DNA of 64,000 nucleotides from Pocillopora damicornis (taxonomy: Eukaryota): the NCBI RefSeq assembly GCF_003704095.1, contig NW_020846006.1, forward strand, positions 124,001 through 188,000, given 5' to 3'. The notes under the pieces are model-generated. The model saw only the letters and a list, made by a program, of their open reading frames with translations. It was not told the origin of the DNA and searched no databases. The position numbers were made by a program, and so were the translations under genes. Shown one piece after another: positions 12,001-23,415 of this stretch (positions are counted from its first letter, which is position 1; each line of letters begins with the position of its first letter).

Positions 12001-15000
12001 AACTGATTTATTCTGTTCGACCACTTTAACGGGTTTTCCGTTTCCATTTTCCATAATTGGACCATTTGTGCCAGTTGGACCATTTCACTGGTATGACCAT
12101 TTTTATTAGTAAGACCATTTAAAGCGGTTTGAGTACTTATTTAGTTAGGTCATTTTAACCAGCTGGACCATTTTCTCTATTTCGACAATTTCTACCGGTT
12201 GAACCACTTTCTCGCCCTAGACTATTTTCACTAGTTCCACTATTTTTCTAGTTTCACCATTTCAACCCCTTGGATCAATCTATTTAGATGGACCGTTTTA
12301 AGTACTTAGACCATTTTATCTAGTCAGACGATTATCACCAATTGGACTGTCTTAGGCAATACACCCATTTACCTAGTTAAACCATTGTAAACGGTTGGAC
12401 CATTTTTAATTTTTTTTATAAAAAAGAAAAATAATCCTTTGTTAGCATGTAGAGTGGTATGTTGCTAGCACCAATCAGATCGCCGCATTTGGGTATTTAT
12501 CTCTCACCAATCAGATTGCCGCATAAGGGTATGTATCTCGCACCAATCATATCACAGTATTTGGATATCTTGCACCAATCACAACGTTTAGGGCATGTTT
12601 CTCGCATCAATCATATCACAGCTTCCTTGTAAAAGATGCCATGGAATCAGGAGGCTGTACACAAAGAATGACATACCCCCAAATTTGGGCTTATTTTGAT
12701 AAGTGTAATGGTTTGTGGCCTTCGCGAGAGCCTCGTCGATTAAGGTCGATATTTTTCTGGATATGAAAGGTTCGCATTTAACCTGTTTGTATCATTTTTA
12801 GTTAAAACGTGTTTTTTGCTCCTTTACTCACAGCTCGCGCGCCAAACAACCATTTTATCTAGTACGACGATTTTTAGCAGTTTGACCATTTTATTTACTC
12901 AGGTCATTTTAACCATAGTAACCAGGTTGACCAATTTCTCTAGATAGACTATTTCTACCCGTGCAACCATTTTCTCTACTTCGACCATTTAAACTAAGAA
13001 GTTAGTTTCATTTCAACAGTTGGAGTGTTTTGCCTAGTAAAACCATTTTAACCGGTTGGTCCATTTTAATCACATGTCATTAGTTGGAACATTTAGTTGG
13101 ACTAGTTAGACCTAGTTAGATCATTGGTGTCAGTTGGACCATTTTATCTGGGTACACCATCTTAATCAATTGCACTAATTTGTCTAATTGACCATTTGAA
13201 GTGGTTCGGCCATTTTTTCTAGTTCAACCATTTTAACCAGTTGCACCATTTTATCTTGTTAGTTAGTTCACTAATTTGGTCGACAATGTCAAAAGAGATA
13301 TGCATTTGTTGATAATTAAGGCATGATGGTAGATTTGGGTAGATCATGTAATTGCTAATGCTGAAGGTCTCAGGTTTGAATCCTCATGGGGGACTGATGA
13401 ATGAATAACATGTTTCTGCCACTGGCAACCAACCTTCTCCCTGGAAGTTTTCTGCACAATTTCAGAACTAAAACAGTTTGCTGTGGATCGTTACTGTCCA
13501 TGTCCTTATTATAAAAAAGCAGTAAGAATGAGCAAAATGTTTGAACTACCATTCCTATGCGCTGTCAAATATACAACTGGTGTTAATTGAATATCAAAGT
13601 AAAGTGATTTCAGTCTTTACTCAGTTGCATTAATTTGCTCGACTTATTGAGTGTTTTTCCCTCTCTGAGTTTGGTTTAGGTTTTTTCATAGCAATGGAAA
13701 GATAGTACATTCACTAATGGAAGCAGATAACATGGAGGAAATCCTTTATCATTCGATGTCATGAATTTGATCTGGTTTCTTTAAGGTTCGACACAACATT
13801 CCGTGCCATGTAAATGATGTCTCATGTGGAAAGGAGTGTGGAAAACCACTGAATTGTGGACACAAATGTCTGAAAATTTGTCATAGGGTAATTCAATGAA
13901 GAATTTATTTGTTTTCGAGATCAAATTTTCCAAACCAACAACATATCGTCTGTTTGTGTATCAATTTTGTGTGGACAGTTGATATACCTGATATACTTGT
14001 ACCATGGACTACAGAGAATCTTAATCTGATCGCGTGTAACTTAGTGAAGAAACTAATAATAATTATAGGGTTTCCATGGGACTTCTGTTTGGCGCCTTAC
14101 TATTGCAGAGCCAATTGGTAACGTCGTAACGTGTAGAATTGTCTGATACCAGTTTAACAAAATCGTTTTTATGTATAGATCAACTACTTTTTTTCCAAAG
14201 AGGGATAACGGAACATCAATCCCAGGTTGCTTGAAGTTTTTTGTTAAAGATTTGTTGTGTTCATTCAGCTTCCATGTCTGAGTGACGATGAGCCATGTTT
14301 ACAACCCTGCGAGTTTCCACGTAAGGATTGTGGTCACCCATGTGCAGCAACCTGCCATTCTGGCAAGCAATGCCCAGCAATACCATGCAAAGTCAAGGTA
14401 TGTTTCGTTAAGTTCCTGTTCAAATTAAAAACTACGTTCCAATGAAGGTTCAAGTGTGATAACGAGCTAAATGGCTCATTCTGTTGGTGTATATCTCGGT
14501 TTCTGTAACAGAAGTCAGCTGAAAAATTTGTTAGTCAATCAAAAGCCGACTCCCCCCTTTCCCCCTCAATACCAGCACTCTATCAGGTAGACATTATCAT
14601 GTTGGATTTCCTGTTTTATTGTTGTTTAATGTAGCTTTTTTTTGTGGAAGCAACTGAGGATGGTGTTCATACAGGTTTTTTAAGAGGAAAGATTCTTTTC
14701 AGGTCACAGTAAAATGCAAATGTGGGAGACGTTCAGAAAAGTTACCCTGTCTTCAAGGGGGCGAAAAGACGGCTGTTACTCAAGCATATCAGCGGTAAGG
14801 TTAATTACAGTGCTTGAAGCTAGTGTATCATAAGCAACTACAACGTCAGAGGTACTTTGTATGATCCGTGATTTTCTTTCGATTTACTTTTAAATCTAAC
14901 TCCTTACTTTGAAATCGCAGTTAAAGTGGAATACAATTTCCATGGTGAAATTGAAAGGAACTTAAGTTGCTGTTCCTCCTTATTATTATTTGCTGATTTT

Positions 15001-18000
15001 TTTTTTGTATTAGTAGGTAGCCTGGGGATTGAAAAATTGATATGTATCTAATTTGTTTGTAATTTGAAAGGGGAAAGTAATTTTTTTTTAAATTTTCATA
15101 ACAATAACTAAATCCTACCACAGTGCTAACCAGGAGAGGGTGGGTGTGTTTGTATTGTAGCCTGGCCACCGAGACACTTGCAACCAAGATGAAAGATTTA
15201 CAAAGTGGCCAGTGTATAGATATCAGCAGCATGATGAAAGTGGATGATAAGAAGTTGCGAGAGTAAGCTCAGTTTCAACAAGTTTCTTCATCTTAAAAAT
15301 TTTAGCAGTTGGGTTCCTTGTACTCGCCACTATATTTTAGTGGCATTTACAGGTCACTCGGCGTATCGTTTTACAATCGTTTCGCTTCTATTACATGTGA
15401 TTCGCGTCAATTCAACAGTATTTTTGAAACAAAAAAATATATGCTTAAAAATATATCAAAAAAATTATAAATCATAGGTAAATGCGTCGAAACTTTCTGT
15501 CGTGTCTGAACGTATCCAACATTCCATGGTCACAGGCCTCCCAATCTCACGTCTCCAAAAAGTGAAAAAGTGTCTTTTCTTGCATGAAGGCTTCACACTT
15601 TGTGTGAGTCCCAACGTGACCGCCCAGATGACGCGGTGTTAGGTTACGGAGATATCGTTGATAATTTATATAGCTAGTAAGACGTTGTAAGGGGAATAAG
15701 TCATCGTCGGTTTAGAGCGCTAAATTATGCAAGTATTGACATTATAATTTAAGCTGAACAAAACTAATTCACATCTAGTGTGTCCCATATAGTCTTACCG
15801 ATCCTTGGCGTGAAGCAGGGGCTACACACCAGAATTTCGAGCCTTATCCGGTCCGAGGTGGTTTGTGTCCAGACATTTCTCTAGGGTCTATTCTTTTCCT
15901 CCTCAGAGAAATTACTTTCTTTGAGAGTACGCTCAATTCCTCAACGGTTCTTCGCTTATCCTAACACCGCGAGGGTAACGTTCAGACTCGTTTGAAGCCT
16001 TCATTAATGAATAGATCATTAGTTTTCGCCTTTCTCGAAACGTGATCTTGGGCCGGCAATGCCGCGATAGGATGAACACGAAAGGTACCCAGCCATCCCC
16101 ACCTGAGTACCTAGCCACCATCACATACAGTTTATTGATCTTAAGTATATGTGACACGTGTAAAATTAAGGGTATCTCAAATAATTCTGTTAAATAACTG
16201 CTGCACCCGAGAGAAGTTCACTTTTCACACACTGAACCTGTTGAAAAAATACTCCCAAAAAAGGCTCCCTTGAGAGCCACCAAGACAAAAGAGTCCTCCA
16301 GAAGCAACCTTTGCAATATGTCATAACCAGCCTCAACTGCATTTTAGATTACCTAAATGAGTTCATTTGTTATTGTTAATGACGTTGTCCATTTCCACAA
16401 GCAATTTGGAAACAACGTCGATGGTTGTTGTGGGAAAAATTTTTTTTGAAGAAAGATTCAGTTTATTCATTAGAAAACTCGTAAGAATAATTAGTCTTCT
16501 CCATAAAGAAAAACAGAAAAAACTCAGGAACACCTTTTTACAATTCAGACTTGAATGAAAACGACTGAATGTTTTGGCGGGGTGACTTCTGGACTTGTGA
16601 TTTGCTTCGAAACAATCTATTATCTTTAGAAATTCTCTTCGGAAATCCTTTTTATTTTATTGTTGTGGTGCATTAGTGGGTACGTTCCTTGGGAATTTTA
16701 ATTAACTTAAGAGACTGCAATGTTATGTCAACATATTCTTAACTTCAGCTGTAAAGAAAAGTTCGAGAAAATACTGGGTAAAGTAAGTTGTGTAAAATGT
16801 CCTAGTCCAAATCAGTGTTGATTCGTACACACCAAATTAAAATCAGGGAATGGTTGTTGAGTGTATCAGTTGACTCACAACTGCATGAATTTTTATGAAG
16901 TAGTAAGGGAATTAATTATAATAGACATTGACAAGGCCAACGATGGAGGGAAGTCTCCACTGGTACCTAATATTTCCTGCAAGGATTCTAGAGAATTAGT
17001 TGTAGATCTCAGTATATTGGCTGTCCCGTTTGTATTTTCCTCAGGCTTGAGTGTAACAGTGATTGTCATGTACACGAACGAAACAGGTATTTAATTTTTT
17101 TTCAAGACCCCCTTTGGAAAATAATTTACTCAGACGTCTTGTCTTAAAGTATTTGCGATTTGTACTGTACTGCGTAACTTGGTGTCATGTCTGGGATTCG
17201 ACAACACACGAAACGTTCGAGATGTTTTGATGGGCTACAGGTTACACTGCAACTTGAAAACAGATCGTTAGCATTGCGTCAGTGCTGAATGATTGCTGAT
17301 CACAATCTTTTCAAGTTTGAATGTTTTACAGTTTTTGTCAGTTGTATTATTATTATTATTATTATTATTATTGTAAGTAGTAGTAGGAGTAGTAGTTGTA
17401 TTACATGATTTCCGGACGATTTAGATAATCTGTGATGCAACAAAACGCTTTACAGTCACTCGGCTCTGTCACGCTCAGTAATCCAGCAATTACTTGGTAT
17501 GGCTTTTTTATCTTTTCAACAGACGGTTGGCCGAAGCACTTAACATTGAAAATGCTGATTTGTCCCAAGAGGTCTCATTTCGCTTTTCACCATTCCTTTG
17601 GACGGAAGCCAAGTAAGTGACACTGAATCTTGACAGGAGTTTGCCCTGATATGACTAATTTTAGGTCAATGGGAAATTCTTTTAAAAGAAGAAGCTCTCG
17701 ACACAATCCTTATTTAGTTAGAGAAATTCGTGATAATCAAAATTGACAATGATCCGCCGTTACCACTTTATATTTCGAAACTAAGGTATACCGAACCAAA
17801 GGCATACAAATAAGGGTTTGTGCAACTTTTAGTCCGTATTTTCCGTTACTTTGACCAGAATGAACGTTCAGTTCCTCTTACTAGTCTAGGTAGAGGACCA
17901 AACCGAATTTTTCCCTTTATTATGCTATGGTCTTGTTAGGATGTGCGTGGCAATCAATCGGGAGAAAAACAAATGCTTTTTTTCCCTTACATTTCTACTG

Positions 18001-21000
18001 TGTGTGACTGTTTATTGGAAACGATTTTATGTCACGCAGAGCACTTTCAGCGACTCTTCTACCTGAAAAACATAACGAGTTTGTCGTTTAGTCCTTAGCT
18101 CGTTTTAATAGACTATTTCAGAGGAAAGAAGGGGTTTAGAGAATCGTTTGCTCGAACGTTTAAGAACAATTGGCGATGTATAATGGGAGGCTTTGGCGTC
18201 AGACCTGTTTTAGATTTATTGTACGAGCCACGAAACTGACCAATCATACTGTGCGTATTTAAGTATTTGAACATACATTTCAACCCACCCTTTCGACGCC
18301 CTTGTTTATATGTAACTAGGTTGGTGGGGTTTTCATAGTGTTTGCAGTTCTCTGTTTGGTGTCAGTGTACTCACATACTACCCACATGTTCCCTACTCGT
18401 AACGAGTGATTCAAGTTGTTTTCTTTTCTGCAAATAAAAGGCAAAATCTAAAATTTGCCAAGTCTGTGGAGGAGGCACTGGAAAATCTTGTTCAAGCTAC
18501 TTTGAAGGTAAGAATTAAGATCAGAAATTTATCTTGTTTAACATTTTTTTACGGCGACCGGATCAGTGAGTTGGAAATTATTTTTATAATTGATGAATCA
18601 GAAGTGGGATGTGATTATTTAGTAATGCCGCACTTTAAATGATTCAGGCCGAGAGAGTAAATTGACTCTTTACGTCGAACTCGAAAAACCTCTTAAAATC
18701 CACGCAGGAGGAGTAGCAAAAAAAAAAAAAAAGTGGGAACTTATATAGTGGCTCGAAACTCTTTGAAAATGGATTAACCGAAAAAATAGGACGCTGAATA
18801 CTATGTTAGATAAACTACTCCAAAAAGAGGCTAATTATGAAAGGATGCAGATTTAAATCACAAAATAGATAATCTACGTACCACTGCATGTATGAAGAGT
18901 TACATAAAAACTGTAGAGATCTGGAAGCGTGCCGTGAGAAAATTTATTTCGGACTCATTTGTTCCTATGTCTCTCAATTGTAAAAATTACATTTTCAAGT
19001 TTGCGGAGTACTGCAATGTTATTATTCAACTTCGGTGAATGATCGTTGAATATTACAGGCCTCTAGTGTCACTACATGGGATAAACGTGAACATTAAAGA
19101 TGACATTTGTACTTATTACCTTTCAGTCAACAACATCTCAAAGGACACATTCCTTTCCACCGATGAACTCAAATCAAAGACGGCTCGTCCATGAACTTGC
19201 TGTGTTTTACAACTGTGCATCCAGAAGTTATGATAAAGAACCAAAAAGAAACACAGTAGTAACTGCCACTAAGTGAGTATCATATGCCGTAGCCTGATCT
19301 GGGAAGGGAGGAGGGGGTGCTCATGAGAACGTTGGGCAGGGGTGTGCTGGAGAAGCCTGACCTAATTTAAGACAAATAGCGATCAATTCGCTACTCAGAT
19401 GTAGTCATCAAACGGTGTGAATTGTGGCCTGATGACTTTAGATCTTTGTCTAACACGTAGGGTGACCTGCCAGTGTATCTTAGAAGTTTCCCGAGGTCAG
19501 CTACCATTTTGAAAACTGGTCGCCATCTTATGAAACCTGACCGAGAAACTCTTGGTGGCGAGGTTGTTTAGCTCGCACGGTAGGCCTTCTCCATCTAGTT
19601 TCTTCGGTGAATCGTTTTCAAACATCGTTTCTGGTCTCCACACTGAATGTCGGTGTGGTCCTTTTGACTTAATCAGCCAACGCTTTCTACTATTTGAATG
19701 ATACATCGCTAACTATTCAATTAGTTATAGGGTATGTCATTGTCTTTTCAGGGAGTCTCGTCTTCCGTCTGCAAGATTATCATCACAGATAGAGAGAGAA
19801 ATCAACCCGCCCCCTCCTCAGCCCATACCATTCCTACCCTCCTCTCAGGAACCTACAAAAAAGTTAGTATATTGATGACGGACCTAATTACACATTAAAT
19901 TCGTTTAGTTGTGACGAATATGGAAGCGACCCTAGCAGTTATAAACACCACTTCGGCAGTTGTGAAAATAAGGCCTGGAAAAAAAAAAAAAAAAAACAGG
20001 CCCGTACGAGATCTGAACCCATTACCTTTGCGATACCGGTGCAGCGCTCTACCAACTGAGCTAACAAGCCAGTTGGGAGCTGATCAAAGTTGAGTCGTGA
20101 TCAAAGTTGCAGATTTATGGTCGTGGCAGCGAAGGCAAAGTTTGTGTCAAAAACCGTGAGTAAAGAAAACGTGATTTGTTGTAGTAAAGGTTCGACCTTA
20201 ATATGCGAAACAAAACAGTTCCTCAAACAAGAGTTTTGTGAAAAGACGAGCACGGAAATTTGTGCCTCTTTTGCTGATTGGCGCTTTCAAAAATGGGCCT
20301 TTGAGTGCTAAAGCGATTTTCTCTAGTTTTCTAACTCTACATTTGAAGAGTGCCACAAAGCTGCTAAACTTACGTTATTTTTAAAACACCTAAAACTGAG
20401 TACTTCAACCCTTCCCTTCATATTTTTGTACGAAATTGACCATTTAAAACACAGTAGAAGAGTTGCAGATTTACGTATTCGTTTTTTATAATAAAAAATG
20501 AGAGAGGAAAGGAAGCCCAGGTATTGAAAAGTTGCTCTTGTTAGCCTCGTTTCCATGTCTCAGTGGGGCTCCAAATAGCCGTCAGACGTAATTTCCCACG
20601 CAAAATAAATTTCAATCTCAAAATATCCATTTCGGGATTAGAACCTCTAACCAAGTTCACATGCAAAATTTGAGCCAAGTCGGTGAACCCGCCTGTCCCG
20701 CCTGATCCGACATTTATGGACTATCGCTTTTTAATGCTCGTCAATTTGTACAAATCAGTGTTTGCACGTCACTGTTATTGACATTGAAATCTATTATGAT
20801 GCAAAGGAACGAAAAATGTCGAGCTAACGAATCTCAAACTCGCTTTTTAATACCACTGAACGTTACTGCTTATGCTTAAATCGTTGACGTTTTCTTTCTT
20901 GTTGGTACGGTAAGAAAGTAACTCTGTTGTAAATGTTAGTAGTTTCGCGATCTCACCGCTCGCCATGGAAATTGCTATTTTTTTTTTCGCTTTTGAGCTG

Positions 21001-21114
21001 TAAAAGGTTTGTCTTCTTATCAACCTTTTCATTTACAGGTTATTGTCTCAGGAAAGGAAAAAAACCGCATGGGCACAACCTCCTGATTACTTTTCCGATG
21101 ATTTCCAAGACTGA
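1..21114 (+). CDS. NFX1: NF-X1 zinc-finger / R3H protein (transcriptional repressor NF-X1), 5'-partial, 19 exons in window, ~614 aa
   Basis: Phase-consistent GT-AG exons: 1-52, 971-1037, 3652-3869, 4355-4488, 5364-5394, 5642-5715, 6297-6408, 10198-10317, 10720-10799, 13786-13887, 14269-14397, 14703-14794, 15161-15262, 17045-17086, 17523-17612, 18441-18507, 19127-19272, 19752-19862, 21039-21114 (total 1845 nt, ends TGA). Repeated NF-X1 fingers ([44 protein letters not shown]), [18 protein letters not shown]3H domain ([31 protein letters not shown]) and NFX1-type C-terminus [11 protein letters not shown]. Confidence 0.95.
2401..2870. mobile_element. MITE-like element with ~26-bp terminal inverted repeats and internal 11-bp minisatellite
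   Basis: Left end ataggtggccttggttgacatgtcgg (2401) is the near-perfect reverse complement of ccgatatgtcgaccaaggccacctat (ends 2856). The interior consists of 11-bp units. A related end fragment lies at ~56590-56690. Confidence 0.75.
2519..2672. repeat. Tandem repeat (GATACTTGACC) x ~14
   Basis: Directly visible 11-bp period. It explains the [11 protein letters not shown] pseudo-ORF. Confidence 0.95.
6740..8120 (-). mobile_element. Decayed Penelope-like retroelement (RT + GIY-YIG endonuclease + degenerate hammerhead end)
   Basis: Minus-strand remnants: FDIE*LFTNI (RT motif A), [34 protein letters not shown] (YVDD motif), [13 protein letters not shown] (GIY-YIG), [17 protein letters not shown]. 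3' end CTGAAGG..GTTGAAACATC is a mutated hammerhead core. Many stops and frameshifts. Confidence 0.85.
9000..9165 (-). mobile_element. Diverged second copy of part of the 6.7-8.1 kb Penelope-like element
   Basis: aactgcctgttgaaagtgttt..cattctggat.tgtgact..ttggaa.ctttcaagcaaacaac.caa.atcttttagagttcttt matches 7214-7320. Confidence 0.65.
10960..11070 (-). mobile_element. tRNA-derived SINE fragment
   Basis: Reverse complement has gaaggtctgaggttttaaacc..gactccaaaattttcttt (degenerate B-box and tail), the same family as 13330-13415 and 42020-42110. Confidence 0.5.
11080..13270. repeat. Degenerate 18-bp minisatellite (consensus ~TTGGACCATTTTAACCAG), ~2.2 kb, interrupted by an insertion
   Basis: GACCATTTT recurs every 18 bp. 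The ORF track shows the 6-aa period LDHFxx. Confidence 0.9.
12440..12850 (+). mobile_element. Non-coding interspersed repeat with phased CCAAT units (copy 1)
   Basis: caccaatca units at 12471, 12507, 12543, 12575 (variant 12607). Collinear with 62600-62958, and both copies end in CAAACAAC. Confidence 0.75.
13330..13415 (+). mobile_element. tRNA-derived SINE fragment
   Basis: ggtagatcat..gaaggtctcaggtttgaatcctcatgggggact gives A/B-box-like elements. Confidence 0.5.
17345..17372. repeat. (ATT)n microsatellite
   Basis: About 9 ATT units, followed by a short (AGT)n. Confidence 0.9.
19915..20087 (-). mobile_element. tRNA-derived SINE
   Basis: Minus strand: TAGCTCAGTTGGTAGAGCG (A box) ... GGGTTCAGATCTC (B box), followed by a T-run and a non-tRNA tail. 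No proper acceptor stem. Confidence 0.75.
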
Positions 21115-21385
21115 TAACAAGATGCCAACTTGATTTAACTAAATTCATAGGAGAAAGAGACAGAAGTTAGAAGAAGAACTGAAGTGTGATCTTCCTGGCT
21201 CTTTAATTATAAAATGAATGAAGTGGGAAGACTTAAACGTCAATTAATTTACTCTTCTAACATTTACTCTAAAAGAATTACAAACCCTTACATAATATTT
21301 TCTGATACCTTTAAAATAAGGATTCGAATTACCGCTGCATCCTTATGTCAGACTGCGTTTTTCGGGAAGGGAGTCGAGACTAGCA

Positions 21386-21391
21386 AATAAA
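21386..21391 (+). terminator. Candidate NFX1 polyadenylation signal AATAAA
   Basis: Canonical hexamer about 270 nt after the NFX1 stop, followed by T/GT-rich sequence. Confidence 0.4.
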
Positions 21392-21988
21392 CTCTATTAC
21401 CATGAGCGTCATGTTGATTTGGTTTGTATCTGCTTGGGTTACAAAACAACGTTGGGCTACAAAACAGCAGTCATTATTTTTGAAACTACAAGCATGGTTA
21501 CGCCGATAAGAAATTTGTAGAAATCGTTATTTTGCCCCCTACCCACTCTACAGGGTCTTTCAAAAGTTCGTGCATTTCCTCTACGACCCTATATCTTACT
21601 GCGAATGTCTACGATTCTCCCTTTCCCGCCCTCGTTATATTTAGTTGTCCTGTTTTTTTTAAATTATCTCCAAACAATACCTTTTCTCGGAAGGCGTACG
21701 CGCTTATTCGCCTGACTTTTATGCTCAATGGAACACTGAGGAATCGCCTTAACGATAACCAGACCAGACCCCGCATTTTTGTAAGGCCATACATTTGATA
21801 ATCGCGCGTTAAAATAGACGCTCATAAACAAAACCTATTTGACGCAAATTATATTTCTATTTAATTTGTGAAACATAACTTTAAACATACGTAACATGGA
21901 AGACAAACTATGTAATTATTGGTACGAAAATCCTCTACACATCCGGTAGGCATGACTTCATGCCTACTTCCTGGCAATATTAAATACG

Positions 21989-22148
21989 CGTTATTGACCA
22001 AGCGTGAGGTCATGATGGTTGTATATTGACCGAGCCCTTTTTTTGCGTTTTATGGACTTCGACTTCGTCTCTTTCCATGAAAAATAAATAAACAATAAAA
22101 ACAGGCTAATATCCAGCCATCTTGACCATACAAGCATGGTCAATAACG
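21989..22148. mobile_element. Palindromic MITE
   Basis: cgttattgaccaagcg..ggtcatgatggttgtatattgacc pairs with ggctaatatccagccatcttgacc..gcatggtcaataacg. Confidence 0.7.
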
Positions 22149-23314
22149 AATTTATTGTAAAGATAAAAGGATTTCGTCAATATTACGGTTATTGTGATCT
22201 TTTCTGTGATTGGTGGATTAGCTGAGTGGACTTAGTATGATTGGCTGCTTCAGCTGTCCGATTACAGCCAACTGTCCGATTACAACTGTACAGAATGCCT
22301 AATGGAAATTGAAGCTGTGGATGCAACCATAATGTTAATAAAATCATACTCGTGATTGACAAATCGGACAAATCCGATTTTGTTAATCACTACTATGGTT
22401 ACAGACCAAATTGGACTCCACTCGCTCCTATTTCTATTACTTATTTTAGTTGCAGATACGAAATCTTAGAAAAAAAACAGAGGAGTATGTTTATAAATAG
22501 CAACACAAAGATAATTTATGGCGCACGTCAGAATACTATTCATTTGCTCAAAGTTATCAAATCGATTTCAACTTTAGGAAATTATATTTGGATCGATGAC
22601 AGAGATTTAAGTGAATAACATCGATTTTCCGGATTGAAAGCCTTGAGAACTCTTTAATTAAGATGGGTGGTAACGATTTTTGGTACAATGAAACTTCAAA
22701 AAGTCAGTTTGTTCATGTTGAGAGAAGTAAAGTTTGATTTTGTCATAAAACAACAAACACACTTTAACGTCACGCGGATCATGGTCATTTGAGCCCTAAC
22801 AAGTCAGCCTAACATGTCAGTCGTAAAATCTGTGGCACGTCCGCTGGAAAGTTAGCCTCGTAAGCAAGTGAAATTTTGGTAAGCGAGTGTCCAATATCTT
22901 CCAGATAAAAATTAAAGACCATTAAAGTCGCCATCTTTGATTTTTATAGCAGCGGGAGGCTAGTGAGAAAAAGACAAATGAACGAATGGAGTTACATATG
23001 ATCAAAAGGAAGGTAAAGGCAGGGGGTTGTACAATTGAAATTTACCCCCCCCGCCTTAACCCTCATTCCACTCTAACTCTAAATCAAACATGGCTGCCCG
23101 GATAAAGTTGATAAATTGAGATAAACAATCGCGAGTTTGTAACGTTGACTCGCCCTAACAACACGCCTGCAGAGTAGGCAACAGGGAAACAAAATTAAAA
23201 CCACCTGATTTGCTTTATCTAGTTCAGGACGATACTATGTGCAAATGGCGTTAAGCACGCCATCTGAGCTTGTCTTCCCGTGCAAAGGACTCTGTACAAG
23301 GGTGTCTCGTCAGA

Positions 23315-23367
23315 CCGCCATCTTAGAAGTAAGACCGAGAAACCTCTGGGTACGAGGTTGTATAAAA
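23315..23367 (+). promoter_or_regulatory. SEM1 core promoter candidates: YY1-like CCGCCATCTT and TATAAAA
   Basis: CCGCCATCTT at 23315-23324 and TATAAAA at 23361-23367, about 50 nt before the ATG in a CpG-retaining stretch. Confidence 0.45.
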
Positions 23368-23415
23368 GACTGAGTCTGCGCAGTAGTTGTGGTGCCGGTG
23401 ACGAGAGTGTTAGCT

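Noticed and set aside
12469-12620. Regularly spaced repeats that look CRISPR-like
   Set aside because: Whole units are similar to each other with no unique spacers, the context is eukaryotic and there are no cas genes.
16545-16640. Apparent NFX1 exon (cag|A CTT GAA TGA, LE*) suggesting a recoded Cys
   Set aside because: The true LECNSDC exon is intact at 17045-17086; this is a chance resemblance.
19995-20070. tRNA gene on the minus strand
   Set aside because: A and B boxes are present, but there is no well-paired cloverleaf and it continues into a repeat tail; this is a SINE head.
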